64,000 nt of DNA from Catajapyx aquilonaris (GCA_000934665.2 KZ538205.1:1-64000); one strand, 5' to 3'; counted from the stretch's first letter, positions 10,801 through 27,700 are shown. The notes: generated by a model not told the origin, from the sequence alone. A program made the numbers and translations.

Positions 10801-13800
10801 GCAGTCAAGGTCCGCGGGGGTCCGCCATCTTTGATAGTTTTGGCTGCCATGGAAATACACGGCAATAACAATTTACTTACCCATTTTCCAATATCGAATT
10901 CAAATTCGCGCGCGTTCTTGCAGTGTAGTTGCCATGGCAGCCAAAACCATCAAAGATGGCAGACCTTATTTTTGCCTGTACCCTATTTATACCTCGTTGG
11001 TATCCCACACACGTCAAGATGGCCGCCGGCCTTGGCAACGCCCTATAAACGGAGAGACGCGAACAACAATGGCGCGACGGAAGTTTGCGCCTCTTATGTA
11101 GTATATGCTCCCTGACTAAAGGCTGTCGTATATAATCATATTCATAAAATTAAAATTCCCTCAACATTTTAAATGTTAATATCTATACCAGTGGGAATAC
11201 CACCATATTTGGAACTATGTGTATAATTTACAATTATTTAGTTGGTCCACGATTAGGGTAGGTAGGAGGTGATGTGCAATGATTGTGGGATGATGTGCAA
11301 TGATTAACGACGGTTGACAAAAAGAGGATCCCCTAAGAGGCCCAAGGAGGCTGTCACGGGGTATCCATTATTTATTTATTTTTATTTTTTATTTTTTATT
11401 TTTTATTTTTTATTTTCCTGTACCCCGTTATCTGGCCGATAGGCCATTTCTAGGGGGGTGGGTTACCACCATTTGTTGTTTGGAGCGATACATATACTTA
11501 TATCTTAATTGCTCCAAGGGTAATTAGGAGGGGATGTGCAAAGTGCATGTGCGCTGTCGTTAATTGGTCATTTTGTGAACTCCCCCGGGTGGCTTAGTCT
11601 ATCGGAAATTGCCACCCGAAACGAAGCCAGAGATGGCCCAACTCTGCACGAAATGGAGGTGGGAACCCCGGGTGGGGATTGAACCCGGGACCTTAACTTC
11701 CGTGAGCGCACGCGTTACCGCGGCGCCACTCCGTCTCCCTTTTATTTATTTATTATTATTATATCTATACTAATTTAGGCAGAGCTGTGGTAATGCATCA
11801 GTCTTATCTTGCCAATATATTGACTGATGCATTACCAGCAGCATCTCCAGCAGCATCTCACCTGTGCATCATTGGGGACATCTCCAGTAACCAATAGCCA
11901 GAAGAGTCCCTCAGGAAGGGGCTCTGATCCTCCCTTGGCCTTGGGGAGGGCCTTCTGGCATTCAGGGATGGACATTCCCCGGAATCGAATGCCTTCGTCT
12001 GGGTCCAGCACGGAGGTTTCAGTAACCAGCCCCTTCATCCCACGCATCCCACCATACATCATGTCCACGGTGATCTCACCAACCTTCGTGTTCCCATGCT
12101 GCTTTCGGAAACCCTTGATCTTCTCCTGCTCAACTGGGATCTTCTTTGCTAGGACCTCACGCAGGTCAGTTGAATCAGACAAGTGGCGCAGGAGGACTGA
12201 GAGGGCTGGGGCCGCTTTCTGAAAACAACATGTTGTCAATTAAAAGTGTCACATGGACTGGGTCAGGAAAACATTACCACAATTGATCTATATTTTTACA
12301 TGAAACTCCCAGGCCTTTTTTTACACTGCTGCATGTGTATCACTGAGAGTAAAAGGTACCAATTGGCTTCTGTCCCATAAAAGCAAGGCCATGATAGTGA
12401 AAATAGACCTAAAAATTATATTACGTTATTACTTTGATAAAAACCTGCTTTCATAAGCTACGAAGATTCTTCCGCTGTCAGAAATCTTCCTCTGGTTCAA
12501 AGGCACAATTACCATTAAAGAACCATATCTAATTATTATCAATAAAATGTAAAGCTTGAAGAAATCAATTACACTGGGGGCAAAATCCACCAACTTTGAA
12601 TGCAAAGGTTTTAAAAATTGTTAACACACTAACATTATGAGTGTACACCATCTACTCCTGAATCTGGAATGTATCCAAGAACAGCAGCTCTTGCTACCAA
12701 ACTCTGCATAATGATCCTTCCTTAGTTTAACAATGACTCTCAAGCAGGAAAATTAAATATATTGTGAAAGTTGTTTAGAGAGTACCTTCTAAGCTCTAAG
12801 GTAAACTATATGAGCATGATGAAAAACAAGACATATAATTTACAACCATATGGCATTCTATGGCTCCCTGCACAATCTGTAACATTAAATTTCAACAGCT
12901 CCCATGGCACACATTCCACAAAGAAGTCACCAAATGAATGGGTGACTCCTTGGGTGACTTTAAAAAATCAATCATGCCTCACATGCGCACTAACACTTTC
13001 TCAATGAATGGACAGTTCTAGCATTTTTTCAGTAAACGAGTGATGGATAGGGTGCAACCATTCAGATAAGTTTTGATCTGGTAGTGTACCAAACTTAGGA
13101 CACATTTCACTGCATGCTGACAGAATGGTATGCATGTGATGTTTTGCCAGGTGACAGTATTATCATCATAAAAACCCTGTGACACTGATTTTGTGCACAT
13201 GGATGATACCTCCGTGCAATGATCATCATCTTCATAAGTGGGGAATCTAAGATAAGAACATTTTGCAATGTCAGACAGTGACATAATATACACCACTGAC
13301 ACGCATTAAATTATCACACTAGTCAGTCCAGAAACATACCACGTTGGCTGCCCTTTTTTCTTTCTTTTTTTTTTTTTTGCATTTCAACAATTCTACTTGC
13401 GCATTCATGTATTGCCAGTTGAGAAACAATAAACAAACTCAAAAAGTATAGTTGCTTGAATTTTTGCCTCTCCCATCACCTGCTTCCCGGTTGACTATAA
13501 TTAAAGAGATATTTTTACTTAGGCACTCAGCCCATACTATGTAGGGCGAGTTCAGGGGCATTGTTCCACACATTATTCTGCAAGCTAGCAGAATTATTCC
13601 ACATAGTTCCATAGTAATGAACTTCGCCACCCTCCATTAACTTGAATGTGTGTGCCTCCACATGCTCCTGCACTTGATCTTGAATATATCAAGTCAGGAG
13701 CCTTCACAACTTCGACAATAGGCATGCAAAGGTCAGCCATAAATTATATCGGCTGTATAGTTGACCGTAAATTTTTATTTTCCATGAACAGAACAAAAGG

Positions 13801-16154
13801 TACTCGACCATTCTAACCACCGAGGATATTATACTTTAGTTGTATAACCTCTTCGAAGGGAGATCCTGCCAGAGGAGAAACTATTAATAGATGTCTTCAC
13901 ACTCCAGAGAGAGGTCTTTGGGACCCTGCAGAGGTTGGCAGAAACTTGGCAGGGAGCAATAATGTTCCAAATGCCGATCATGTCTGGTAATGATCTACGT
14001 AACCTAGATATGAACACAATATCAGAACCAGGGATCACAGGTCAGTGACTACAATTTGTATCACCTCCGGCTCACTAATCTGATTTATTACTCTACTTTA
14101 CACAATCAGTTTTTCCCCCCCAGCTCCCAGTGACATGAAGGTGGCACAAACCTGACTTTCCTACATGGGTTAACCCACATTGCTGCAACTACAACCATCA
14201 TCTAGCTCCCAGGGAATATCCCCCATTCATTAAATTTTTTTGTGCAATGAGGGAGTTCTCAAGGTTGTTCCTGCCCACTACGGGTCTACGTTCATTATGC
14301 AAAAAAATTGTCGACAGGTTATTTCAAGTCAGAGGTAACGTCAATGGATAAAAAATGCACGCGTAGGTTTGTGACGGCACACGTTACTAAATTATAATTA
14401 GCTTGCGACATGAATATGCCGTTGGAAGAGGGGAAGGTTACTCAACCAAATCCTTCCCTAACCTCCACAATACACCTGCAACGTACTTTTACATTGAACT
14501 GGGATGCATGAAAACGGCATTTATCTTCCAGAAACAGCAGTGTGAAGTGGGTGAAACAGGTTCACAGATTTGCATGTGTCTTGACTCAATTTAAGCTCCG
14601 CTCAACTCTCACCCCTACAACTGCGGTTCGGGGTCAACAAAAAATCAAGGTCGGCTTTGGCTAAAAGGAGGCAACTCATACGAACTGTTATATTTAGCTG
14701 GTAAAACATGTGCCAAGTATGGAGACGGGAGGGAAATTAACTCCCCACTGCCCCTACTGCCTTGACAGTGACATTCCAATTGTTTTATCCTCTTCCCCTG
14801 GCCATTTGACAGCCAATCAAGCCTTGTCAATTGATGTCAATTGAATGAGCATGACAAGGAAGCTCAAGTTTTTGTGCTTTGAAACAATTACAACTATGTA
14901 TGCATGCAATCAATTACGCGCAGGATGTAACCAAATTATCCACAAGCCATTACTTATTTGTTGTAATTCTTTGTTAAAGGCTTTAGTGTAAGCAATAAGG
15001 GCACAAATGTAGAACTCTAGAACATTGTAAAATATATATTATTAGATACTGTACCTAATGACCTGGAAAGATTATTACTGCTACCTCTGTGTACCTTACA
15101 TCTTCCTTTAAACTCACATTTCATAATCAGTATCCTGCGGGTACTGCAATAACATTACAACCCAAGTCTGTCGAACAACTTCGTAACAGTCTGGCAGTTA
15201 GTTCAGGTTAGTTACATTCAAGCATCACATTATCCAGTGCTAAATTGGGTTACGGGCAATTAACTCTAGTCATTCATAACATTGCAAATGAGCTGATAAC
15301 GAACTCATTCAGCTCATACCACAAACAGCACTTTCCAGCGCAACTTCAGCAAATGACACTGTTGGCAGTGAACTTGTGAATGCAGGCATTTAATGCAAGC
15401 TATCATCCAAACGGAAGCTTGACATTGAAACGTGCTGGTTCGGCTGAAACTTAACAATATTTTATGCCGCACGTGCAGACAGTGAAGCAACACATCCAAA
15501 GAGCCTACAAAACACCCCTATAAATCCATCCCGCATTTCTACATTTCCACCATGCAATTATCCAACTGTTACCTAACAAAACTTGGATCACTATAATTCA
15601 AAAACTCTAACATGCAATTTTATTTTCTTCAGCATTGTTCGACGTCACCATTTAATTATATTTCCCGGTACATGTTATGTCATCCTGACCTAGTTACGGT
15701 ACCACAAGAACTGGGTTTAATTCTGTTTATGTTCCATTACTTCTCCAGACAACTTTTTTGTTCCATTACTTCTCCAGACAACTTTTTTGTTCCATTACTT
15801 CTCCAGACAACTTTTTTGTTCCATTACTTCTCCAGACAACTTTTTTGTTCCATTACTTCTCCAGACAACTTTTATTGTTCCATTATTTCTCCCGACTTGT
15901 TCTTTTACCTCTCCCAGACGACTTGTTCCATTAATTCTCACAGACAACTGGTTTTAATGCTTCTCCCAGAGACAACTAGTTCTTTTCCCACACAAGTTGT
16001 TCCTGTTCGGAACAAGCCGGCTCTCTTTTTACGACCGTTCGAACAGTGCCACGCCGCTGCTGTACGTGGCGCAACAAAGTATTCCATTCCCCGGTACGGC
16101 ACTCACCTGACATGCAGAGAGCAAGTTGGGCTTGAGCACCAGCGACAGGGCCAT
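7873..16154 (-). CDS. CS: Mitochondrial citrate synthase (466 aa, N-terminal transit-peptide-like leader)
   Basis: Exons (minus): 16154-16107 ([22 protein letters not shown]), 12218-11862, 9800-8970, 8037-7873; total 1401 nt, all phase 0. Motifs: [76 protein letters not shown]. Confidence 0.96.
8482..8659. mobile_element. Foldback MITE with CAGTG ends and TA target duplication
   Basis: TA|CAGTGCGGAA...TTTGACGTCATCATTTTGTT...GGAGATGCCCTCA pairs with TGAGGGCATCTCC...ACAAAACGATGACGTCAAA...TCTGCACTG|TA. A related degenerate copy is at ~20355-20495. Confidence 0.7.
10027..10400. mobile_element. PIF/Harbinger-like MITE
   Basis: TIRs AGCCCGTTTCATAAATAAA / TTTATTTATGAAACAGGCT, flanked by TTA (10024-10026 and 10401-10403); GC-rich interior with repeated TTCATAAATAAA-like submotifs. 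Confidence 0.75.
10670..11114. mobile_element. Non-autonomous DNA transposon with perfect ~32-bp TIRs (hAT- or P-like ends)
   Basis: CAGGGAGCATATACTACATAAGAGGCGCAAAC / GTTTGCGCCTCTTATGTAGTATATGCTCCCTG, with extensive internal inverted homology. Flanks ACTGAAG / ACTAAAG resemble a 7-bp TSD with one mismatch. Superfamily uncertain. Confidence 0.8.
11367..11739 (-). mobile_element. tRNA-derived SINE, full length
   Basis: Minus-strand head GGGAGACGGAGTGGCGCCGCGGTAACGCG... with A box (TGGCGCCGCGGT, 11728-11717) and B box (GGTTCAATCC, 11685-11676); 3' hairpin and A-rich (AAAAAT-like) tail; second copy at 61124-61413. Confidence 0.8.
15731..15990. repeat. 29-bp minisatellite in citrate synthase intron 1
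   Basis: Unit GTTCCATTACTTCTCCAGACAACTTTTTT starts at 15731, 15760, 15789, 15818 and 15847, followed by degenerate copies to ~15990. Confidence 0.9.
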
Positions 16155-16905
16155 GGTTCGATTTCCAGAGACACACGTTGAGGCAGGTTATGATGAAGAG
16201 AGAGGGGGGAAAAAAAAGAGGAGACACCGGGACTTGTGTGCGGGTAGAGTGAGAGTGAGTAATAAAAGGAGCAGCAAAAGCGAGGTACACACACACTGGG
16301 GGAGGTAGGGGGGGTGGCCGGAAAGGAGGGGGGGTGGGAGACAGNNNNNNNNNNNNNNNNNNNNNNNNNNNNNNNNNNNNNNAAAAAAAAAAAAAAAAAA
16401 AAAAAAAAGTGGGTGGAGGGGCGGGGAATTGACGTGATTTGAAGTTCGGTCGGTTGACGGGTGATGGCGCAGGGTCCTGCTGGTCCACAGATGGCGCCTG
16501 CAGGTGCTGTACTTGCTGTACTTGCTGTGCTTGCTGTACAATAAAAGTTACTTGTCGTTCCTGTGTTCCATTGTAGCTAGGACGGGGGTTTCTAAGGAGT
16601 GTTGCCAACAGCATTGTTGCCACCCCAGTAGACGCGGTCGAGACGCGTGTCGGAATCGAATGTTGGCGCCCGACGACACGGATGCCATCTGTTTTGTGTT
16701 TCAGGCGACGGCGGATCAACGATTTCTTTTCCTTTCGTCTAATGCTGCGTTCCGCTGATTCCGTAATAAGTGTCACCGGGTGTCACCCTGGCTCGACCGC
16801 TGCTGCTTCGTCGCCTGAGCTGAAAGTACGGCGCTTGTACGGGCTGGTCCGAAGGGGGCAATAAGGAGGCAATAAGGTACCACGCCCATCGCAGCAGCTC
16901 AACCG
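16155..16905. promoter_or_regulatory. Probable bidirectional promoter shared by citrate synthase and secernin
   Basis: Divergent genes whose 5' ends are <1 kb apart (gap included); CpG-rich relative to the flanks; contains TGACGTGA and AGATGGCGC motifs. Transcription start sites are not defined. Confidence 0.55.
16345..16382. other. Assembly gap (38 N) next to a poly-A run
   Basis: Run of n characters in the citrate synthase/secernin intergenic region. Confidence 0.99.
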
Positions 16906-17081
16906 GTGAGTGCCAACAGAATAATGTTGTTGTGGACACTTTGCAAGCATATGGTCGGCTTATTGTAGCAACCGGTTTTAGTGGACCGAGTCTAGACTTG
17001 GTCCGGTTTCCGTGTGAATGTGTTGTAATGATGTGGGGGGTGACTTTTCAGGAGGTTCCATTCGACTGGTGCAAAGAAAGG

Positions 17082-20875
<3,794 letters not shown>

Positions 20876-22726
20876 AAGCATTTGGTTAAGGGAAGGTAGA
20901 AAAGAGGCGAGATTTTAAAGGCAGGTTACCATGGTGGCTGACCAACTGAAAATTATGCATGTTGCTTTTTTCGGGGTACATTAAGAGAGAAAAAAAGACA
21001 GGTCACGCAAGTTCCTCCATATCTAGTCACAAGGAGAAGCTTAACAATTTGCATACGTATGTATTCTGTATTGCCCTCAATAGAATACTGTGTTTAACTG
21101 TGATAATGCATGGTGTCAGTTGCATCTTTTTAAAAATCCATTATAATTAAAATACTAGATTGGCATCATTTTTGGCACTGAAGCACCATAGATCGAATAA
21201 TCATGCCATGGGCGCGATTAAGGGCATATTCTACTTGGTGAAGGGATTGGTTGCATTATTATGTACGTGAGCTTTTTGCTTGACAGTATTATGGCAGAAT
21301 TAGAAATGCACACAATAGAAGGGTAAAACTGAAGAAGTGCATATCACAATTTTTGTAGTTCTCTTCTGACAGCATATTATCCTTGTGACTGACAGTTTGC
21401 TTCATCTGCTTTAACAAAAGGGTAAGTTAGTCAATTTTATTTGGGCCCTAACAATAAAAGGGGCCCATGATTCATTTCACGGATGTCCTTAGAAGCTATT
21501 ATTCGTGCATGATGTTGTGTACATGGCTGCTTAATTTCCTTGCCATTTTTCAGATTAACCCTTTAAAACTGGTAGTGGGGTACTTATGGTGTTCTGCATC
21601 AAGTATATTTGCTCATGAGGCAGGGCTTAGTCTTTTGGCAAAATATGTCACTTTTGTAATGAATATTATGGAAGCAGACAGGTGTCAGGAAAGAAATGCG
21701 AACTATCAGCACTTCATTTTGTCATGTGTTGGTTTGTGACAAGGATGCCACATAAATTCAATGATGGATGGGAGTGAGTCATGCCCATTCAAACACACTT
21801 TTCATGGAAATATTCCCAATGAAGCTTTGTAGGCCTAGGCTGGGTTGCACCATTGTAGATGTTTCTCCAAACTTCTGGGTCACCATCATTATTTATTGTT
21901 GGGCAACAATTGATAAAAATGGTAATGCCGGGGTCTTGTGCAAAACTCTACAGTGGTGGTACCCAGCCTTAGGCTTTAATGGTGACATGATGGCTGATAT
22001 TACTTTGTACTCAGACTTTAAGTGCTTTTCTTGGCGTGCACATTAATAAGCTTTAAGTGCCACTGAGCTGCATCAATGCACTTGGGCTTTGTGCACCCAT
22101 TGCCTGTAAGTTATCCACCCTGCTCATAACCATTATATGCAGTAAATAATTCATCATGATACAATAGTAATAATCAACAGTTCTGTTTCTCTGCAGGAAA
22201 ATAGTAGTAATCATTTTATACTTTGGAGAAAATATGGCAATTCCATCTACATTTGTAGTAGACATCCACATTGTCAACAATGTCATGAAAGGCTGAGAAC
22301 TTGTTCATGAGTGTATCTGCCTTTTTCTTGTGACGTATGAAACTGTATTAGGAAGTACTGATTTTGTGATGGCACAAGTGAATACTCTGAGCAGGATTGT
22401 GAGGCATTCTTGCAAGTTTTTTGTACAGGTTGTCAGTGAATTTTCATATTTGTGCACCGAAGTGCACTTCGCGGCTCATCCTAGGGTTGTTACTCTTTGT
22501 ACGGAATTATTACCGCCTCTCTTGACAGTGTGCATCTGCCTAGTTTGCAACAATCTTGGGGTCCAAGAGTGCCAACTATGCCTTTCAACTATTTCAAGAA
22601 GAACAAGAGGGACTCAAAAAGGGAACTTGTTTGATGAAATGGCTGCTTCATCAGCAGTTAATAGGATTTGCAATGAGTTGCAAGAAGAGGAGGGCTTTAA
22701 TTACACAGATTTTGTGTGTGCAGGTA

Positions 22727-22911
22727 CTATTATGTTCCAGTAACTTTTGGCCACTTCGTCCTGACTCTTTCATTCATCCTGGTCTTGAAGAAACCCATTG
22801 CACATGCTCCCCATGGTGAAGCCCGTCTGTGTGTCTGCAACAGATTGCTTCAAGACCAGGATGAACAAAAGAGTCAGGATGAAGTGGCGTAAAGTTATCG
22901 GAACAGGTAGT
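22727..22911. mobile_element. Foldback/MITE-like inverted repeat
   Basis: GCCACTTCGTCCTGACTCTTT...TTCATCCTGGTCTTGAAG pairs with CTTCAAGACCAGGATGAA...AAAGAGTCAGGATGAAGTGGC; arms about 70 bp. Confidence 0.65.
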
Positions 22912-23813
22912 ACTTCCAGAGGGATATCTTGCTTGCAGGCATTGAGTGTGTTACTGGTGCTTTGTATTTCATTACAATGGAATGTGATTTATCATACATG
23001 GCTTCTTGCCAGTTGCTTTTTGTCTATGTATTGCGGACCACTGAGAAATAAAAGTTTAAAAATCAGATCCTTGAGTTCTTTTTTCCGCAGGTATTTCCCT
23101 ATGTGTACAGGATTGGTGGATTCTCGGGCATGCTGATACATACATTTCATTTTATGGACAAGGATAGGTCTTCCCTAATGAGCAGTTAATTTTGCCAGAA
23201 ATATGGCCCAGTTTCATTGGATGATAACTCCTCACATGTGTGGGCTACAATCGAATCCCAAAGCCATTACATAGCGAGTGGAGCATTTATGATATTTTCT
23301 TTCAATATGTTTCATTAAACACTATCGTGTCTTTCTGTCTCGAGTAGACAACATCAGCTTAGGTTGTGTGCGCTTGGGGCAAGTGGGTAGAGTAGATGGT
23401 GGTAATGGCTGGCTCTCACCTGCCTCCCACCCCTCATAGCTGGAAGAGGCAGGTCCAGAATGTTGCAGAGCAATTTTACTACCTGCCACTCTAGATAATT
23501 ACGTTTGTTGCATACAGTAGGAGACTTCATTGGAAACCATATTTCATTGGTTGGTATGCATAATATTTCACTCAAAACCTATATGTGAATTTAAAGAAGG
23601 CACAGGTGATTTCTCCATATGTGCATACTGTATTAATATGTGGTGTATACCCAGGGTGTAACCATGTGAGAGGAACAATACTGGTACAGTACAGTCAAGG
23701 TACAGTGCGTACCGTACCTACTAGACATCTCTCTATCATCTAATCTTCTATCAGATGGCACTCTCTAGTGGAGGAAACCTCAACTTTGTGAAGATACTGT
23801 TATCAGTAGTTGT

Positions 23814-24794
23814 CAGAGTTGGGTAGTAACTGAGTAGAAACAAGCTCTTGGTAGAAATAATGCGTTACTAGTAACTAGTTACTTTTTGAGTACTTTTCCC
23901 GGTAACTTCGTTACTTTTGTGCACAAGTAACTGGTACTTATAACTAGTTACCTTTAAACAGTAACTTTGTAATGAAAGTTACCAAGTTACTTTTCCGTGC
24001 AGGGTTTGAAAAGCACCTATTTTAAAGGGACACTCCACTTTAAAAAAATAAGTTTGGCTCTAAAAATCGGGCAAAAAAATTCTGAAACCGAAGGTACAAT
24101 CCGTTTTTTTCGCTACGCGGAACGGTAATCCCAGGGCGAGGGGTAAAAGTGGGAAAATTCAAATAGTGCGCTAGAAGCTGGCCGCCCGCCAGCGACGCCC
24201 TCGGGACCTTGGGAACTGGAGGGCTGCTCCCGCCTGCCCCCGCGCTTAGGCCAATCCCAGAGAGGTGCAGCCCTCCAGTTCCCCTGTTCCCCGCGTGGCG
24301 GCACCGATCATTAGCAGATGACACACTTTGACATCTCGCCCTGGGATTACCGTTCCGCATAGCGAAAAACGAATTGCACCGTCGAATTCAGGATTTTTGC
24401 CCGATTTTTAGATCCAAACTTGTTTTTTGAGTGGAGTGTCCCTTTAACATGCAGATGATTCATTTATTTGGCGACAGTGGGACGGTTCCCGAGAAGGGGA
24501 AAGCCTACAGATGCAAACTTTGAAAAGCAGCTATTATTAAAAGTAAATCGAGGTTGATCATTTTTTTGACCACGGTGTTATGCTGTATGATTCGTATTTC
24601 AGGGAGAAATGGGGAATCCCCCATCCATCTACAGCAGCGGTGACAGACCACGGAAAAGTAACTTCATGAGTAACTGTACCTGTAACTAGTTATTTTTTGG
24701 TCAAAGGAACTTGTAACTGTAACTAGTTACTTTTTTGGACTGAATAACTGTAACTGTAACCAGTTACATTCCAAAAGTAACTTACCCAACTCTG
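23814..24794. mobile_element. Non-autonomous hAT-like element with perfect 8-bp TSD
   Basis: TIRs CAGAGTTGGGTA / TACCCAACTCTG; TSD GTAGTTGT at 23806-23813 and 24795-24802; multiple subterminal GTAACTAGTTAC/GTAACT repeats. Confidence 0.85.
24026..24443. mobile_element. Kolobok-like MITE nested inside the hAT element
   Basis: TTAA|AGGGACACTCCACT...AGTGGAGTGTCCCT|TTAA with long imperfect TIRs (CTAAAAATCGGGCAAAAA / TTTTTGCCCGATTTTTAG). A TTAA TSD with purine-purine termini is the Kolobok pattern. Confidence 0.75.
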
Positions 24795-27700
24795 GTAGTT
24801 GTACAGACTGTTTTCTGCGATACGATTTCGTATTTGGAATCAAGACATTCAATGCTACCTTGCTTTTAGTGTTTATACTATTATAGGCCCTACAAAAAAT
24901 AATATAATACCGTACGCATATAACCCGTAGCCTCTCAAAATGTGACGTCACTTACAGTCAATTACGTGCTGTTTAATTTATCAGTAATTAATTTAATTTA
25001 ACAAAAACCAAAATAACATTCCTCTTGGATCTAATTATTGTGCGTTCAAGTCTCAACTCTATAATTTATTGTACTTTGCTTCTTTATGTACGTCATTGAA
25101 TGTACAGTACTGTTCAGTACGTATCCGATGGATCAAGAAGAGTATCTTTAACGATCGATTTGATTTGCTCCGACCCTTAGGTATCGCTACATATCCTTAA
25201 TGTTGCTTTAGGTTCTACGTGCACGTACTGACCAAATACAAATGCCAGGACTGAACTCTCAGGCATTTGAGTCATGTGTAGTGGGTGCATTCGAGTTGCA
25301 CTGGAATGCGCGGTCTGGACTTTGGCTACACGAGGAGAGAGGAGGTGTAGTAGTCGATGGGGGAGGACTGGAAATGCGGTCAGCAAGTATGCAACCATGC
25401 TGTGCCTTTGCTAGGCGGACATGCACTACAGTATTATTAGATGCGTAGGATTTTGTGGTTGGTGTACAGTACGTGCATTACTTATAGTAAGGGGAATCTG
25501 GAGTACAAAAGTTGGTATGTCAGGCAAACGAACTGAAAGTTAAATTAATGGCGTGTAAATTATAGGAGTCCAGAGGAGAGAAGAATATGTACTTGTTACA
25601 TTGCATGATAGATATGATTCAGAAGTAGGCATACAGAAACGTACGTATATCAGCTTACTGCATGACAGTTTTATTTTTTAAAATATTGATCGCATCGCGT
25701 GAGATATTAAATTCATACTTACCTTCCCACACCGTGTGCGGCGTGTGGTACAGTGAAGCCTCCCTTCAACAGAGTCACTCACTTGTCAGTTATGCGAAAG
25801 TTTTTCTTATTCTGAACAGAATTTTGCCATATACTGTACGACAGAACAAAGTTATAAATTTCCGGCCGCTCCGGGCAGTGGTAAATTGACAGTATATTGA
25901 CAAAATTGACAAGTTTCCTCAGGATATATTATATCGTCCAAAACAGACAGGTTTCATTTTAGCTTATCTAGACATGCTCATCATTAGAGCGACGTTGTAC
26001 TGTACACGTGCAGTAAATCTTCCACTTTTGTTTCGCGATTTGTCATGAGAACCACGAAAAATAAACCCGCAAACGTGAAGGTTGAGCCGTCCCGTCGGAC
26101 AAATTAAGCTCATATCGGAAATTGTACTAACAAGGAATCATACCCTGCGGCAGTAGCGGTGAGATTTTCCCTGGTGTATGTCTAATTCTGGTATAACCTC
26201 ACTCTGAGGGGTCAGGAGAGTGTGGGAAGTAGGTTAGGGCGAGAGTCCTGCTTGTTAGATCATTTCAGAAGTAAGTACTCTACTATTAACTATTTCTCGA
26301 ATTTGTCACTTGATTTATTGAAATTTCTCAGTGCATCATCGGAGCACCATTAGCGAATGGAAAGTTTGCCCTTCAAAGAAAAAATCGATATTAAACTCTA
26401 ACATGCCGTAATATTTGTGTTGGTGCGGTACTGAGCAACACGCCAAAATTACCTGTGCACTCCCAAGGAAGTACTTTCTGGATTTGCTGAGGTGGTCTAA
26501 CATTATAACTGCACTTCTGGCAGGATTCTGTGTGAGTATGAAGGTTTTTAAAAAATATTAGTTACTGGAAAGGGAAGGTCACGAAAGGCGTAATCGATTT
26601 TCTTGACGAGGATAATGGTCTATGTGGAATCTTCCGTTTGATATGTAATTCTGCCGATAAAATATTGGGGATAAGCTTATGTAGTATAACCACTATCGGA
26701 TGTAGTATGTCGATTATGCCATGCCTGACCTTCCCTTGTGACTTTGACTGAGTAAAAACACATCAAACACAAAGCACATGTGGGATAGGTTAGAAAAATT
26801 ACATGTTACTTGATAGTTTACACATTTAATGAGATATCTTTCTCTCACACGCTTTGGCAACTGCTTTAGAAGCACAATCAAAGAGGAACCATAATTTTGT
26901 CATCTCAAGAAATTGACCTCCGGTATAAGCCATGGGAATTGTACAATTGGGTGATTACTTTTGCAGTCGTAATTGTAATGTGTAAGATAATTATACTGTA
27001 CATTTAGTGCGCCAACAAGTTAGCTACATTGGTGAAAGCAATGTTGACGACCACACAACATGATGGTACGAAATGTTTTCAGTAGTATTTCTTTGCCATT
27101 ACGGCACTCGTATCGGTCGACAGGAGTCTATACACGAGGGACATCGATAAAAGTACATCATCAGTCTGAAATGATGCGGTTCACAATATTAAAGCACTAG
27201 TTAGTAACTTCCCATGTTTTCATTACCGGAGAGAACACGTCAGATGGTGATCCAACTTCCTGGCACAGGTATTTATAGTACACTGATACAGCACTGGCAT
27301 ATTCTCGTGGAATTTCACGACGATCATATTGTACAAACTACACGAAGCATCATATCACTGAAATAACACTGCTCTTGTCTTATTATCCACAGCACTCGAG
27401 GTGTATGAGTGAAGAAAAAAAAAAGCATTTGGTCACCGAGCGCCCTTTACGTCCACACTTTGCTGTCACTAAAATTTACGAAATGTGCACTTTTAAGTAC
27501 TGAGACGCCATGAAAAAAGAAAAACACATCTCGCACTATAATCACTGCAGAATGATTAGTGTCTTGTGCCGCGGCCGGGGTTTATGGTTAGTGTCTCTTC
27601 TGTGAACTCTAGATGTAATAAGTGGGAAATGAAACGATGAGACAAGTGAGGCAAAATTATGGTTACGATACTTTTATCTTACAAGTTATAGGAGTGTCTC

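Noticed and set aside
11660..11739. Possible tRNA gene
   Set aside because: It has A/B boxes but continues into a repeated body and A-rich tail with a second dispersed copy; it is a SINE head.
15731..15990. CRISPR-like appearance of 29-bp repeats
   Set aside because: The units are directly adjacent with no spacers, the context is eukaryotic and there are no cas genes.
15612..16776. Long ORFs of 189 and 266 aa near the gap
   Set aside because: They are products of the minisatellite, low-complexity tracts and the N gap in a promoter region, with no recognisable domain.
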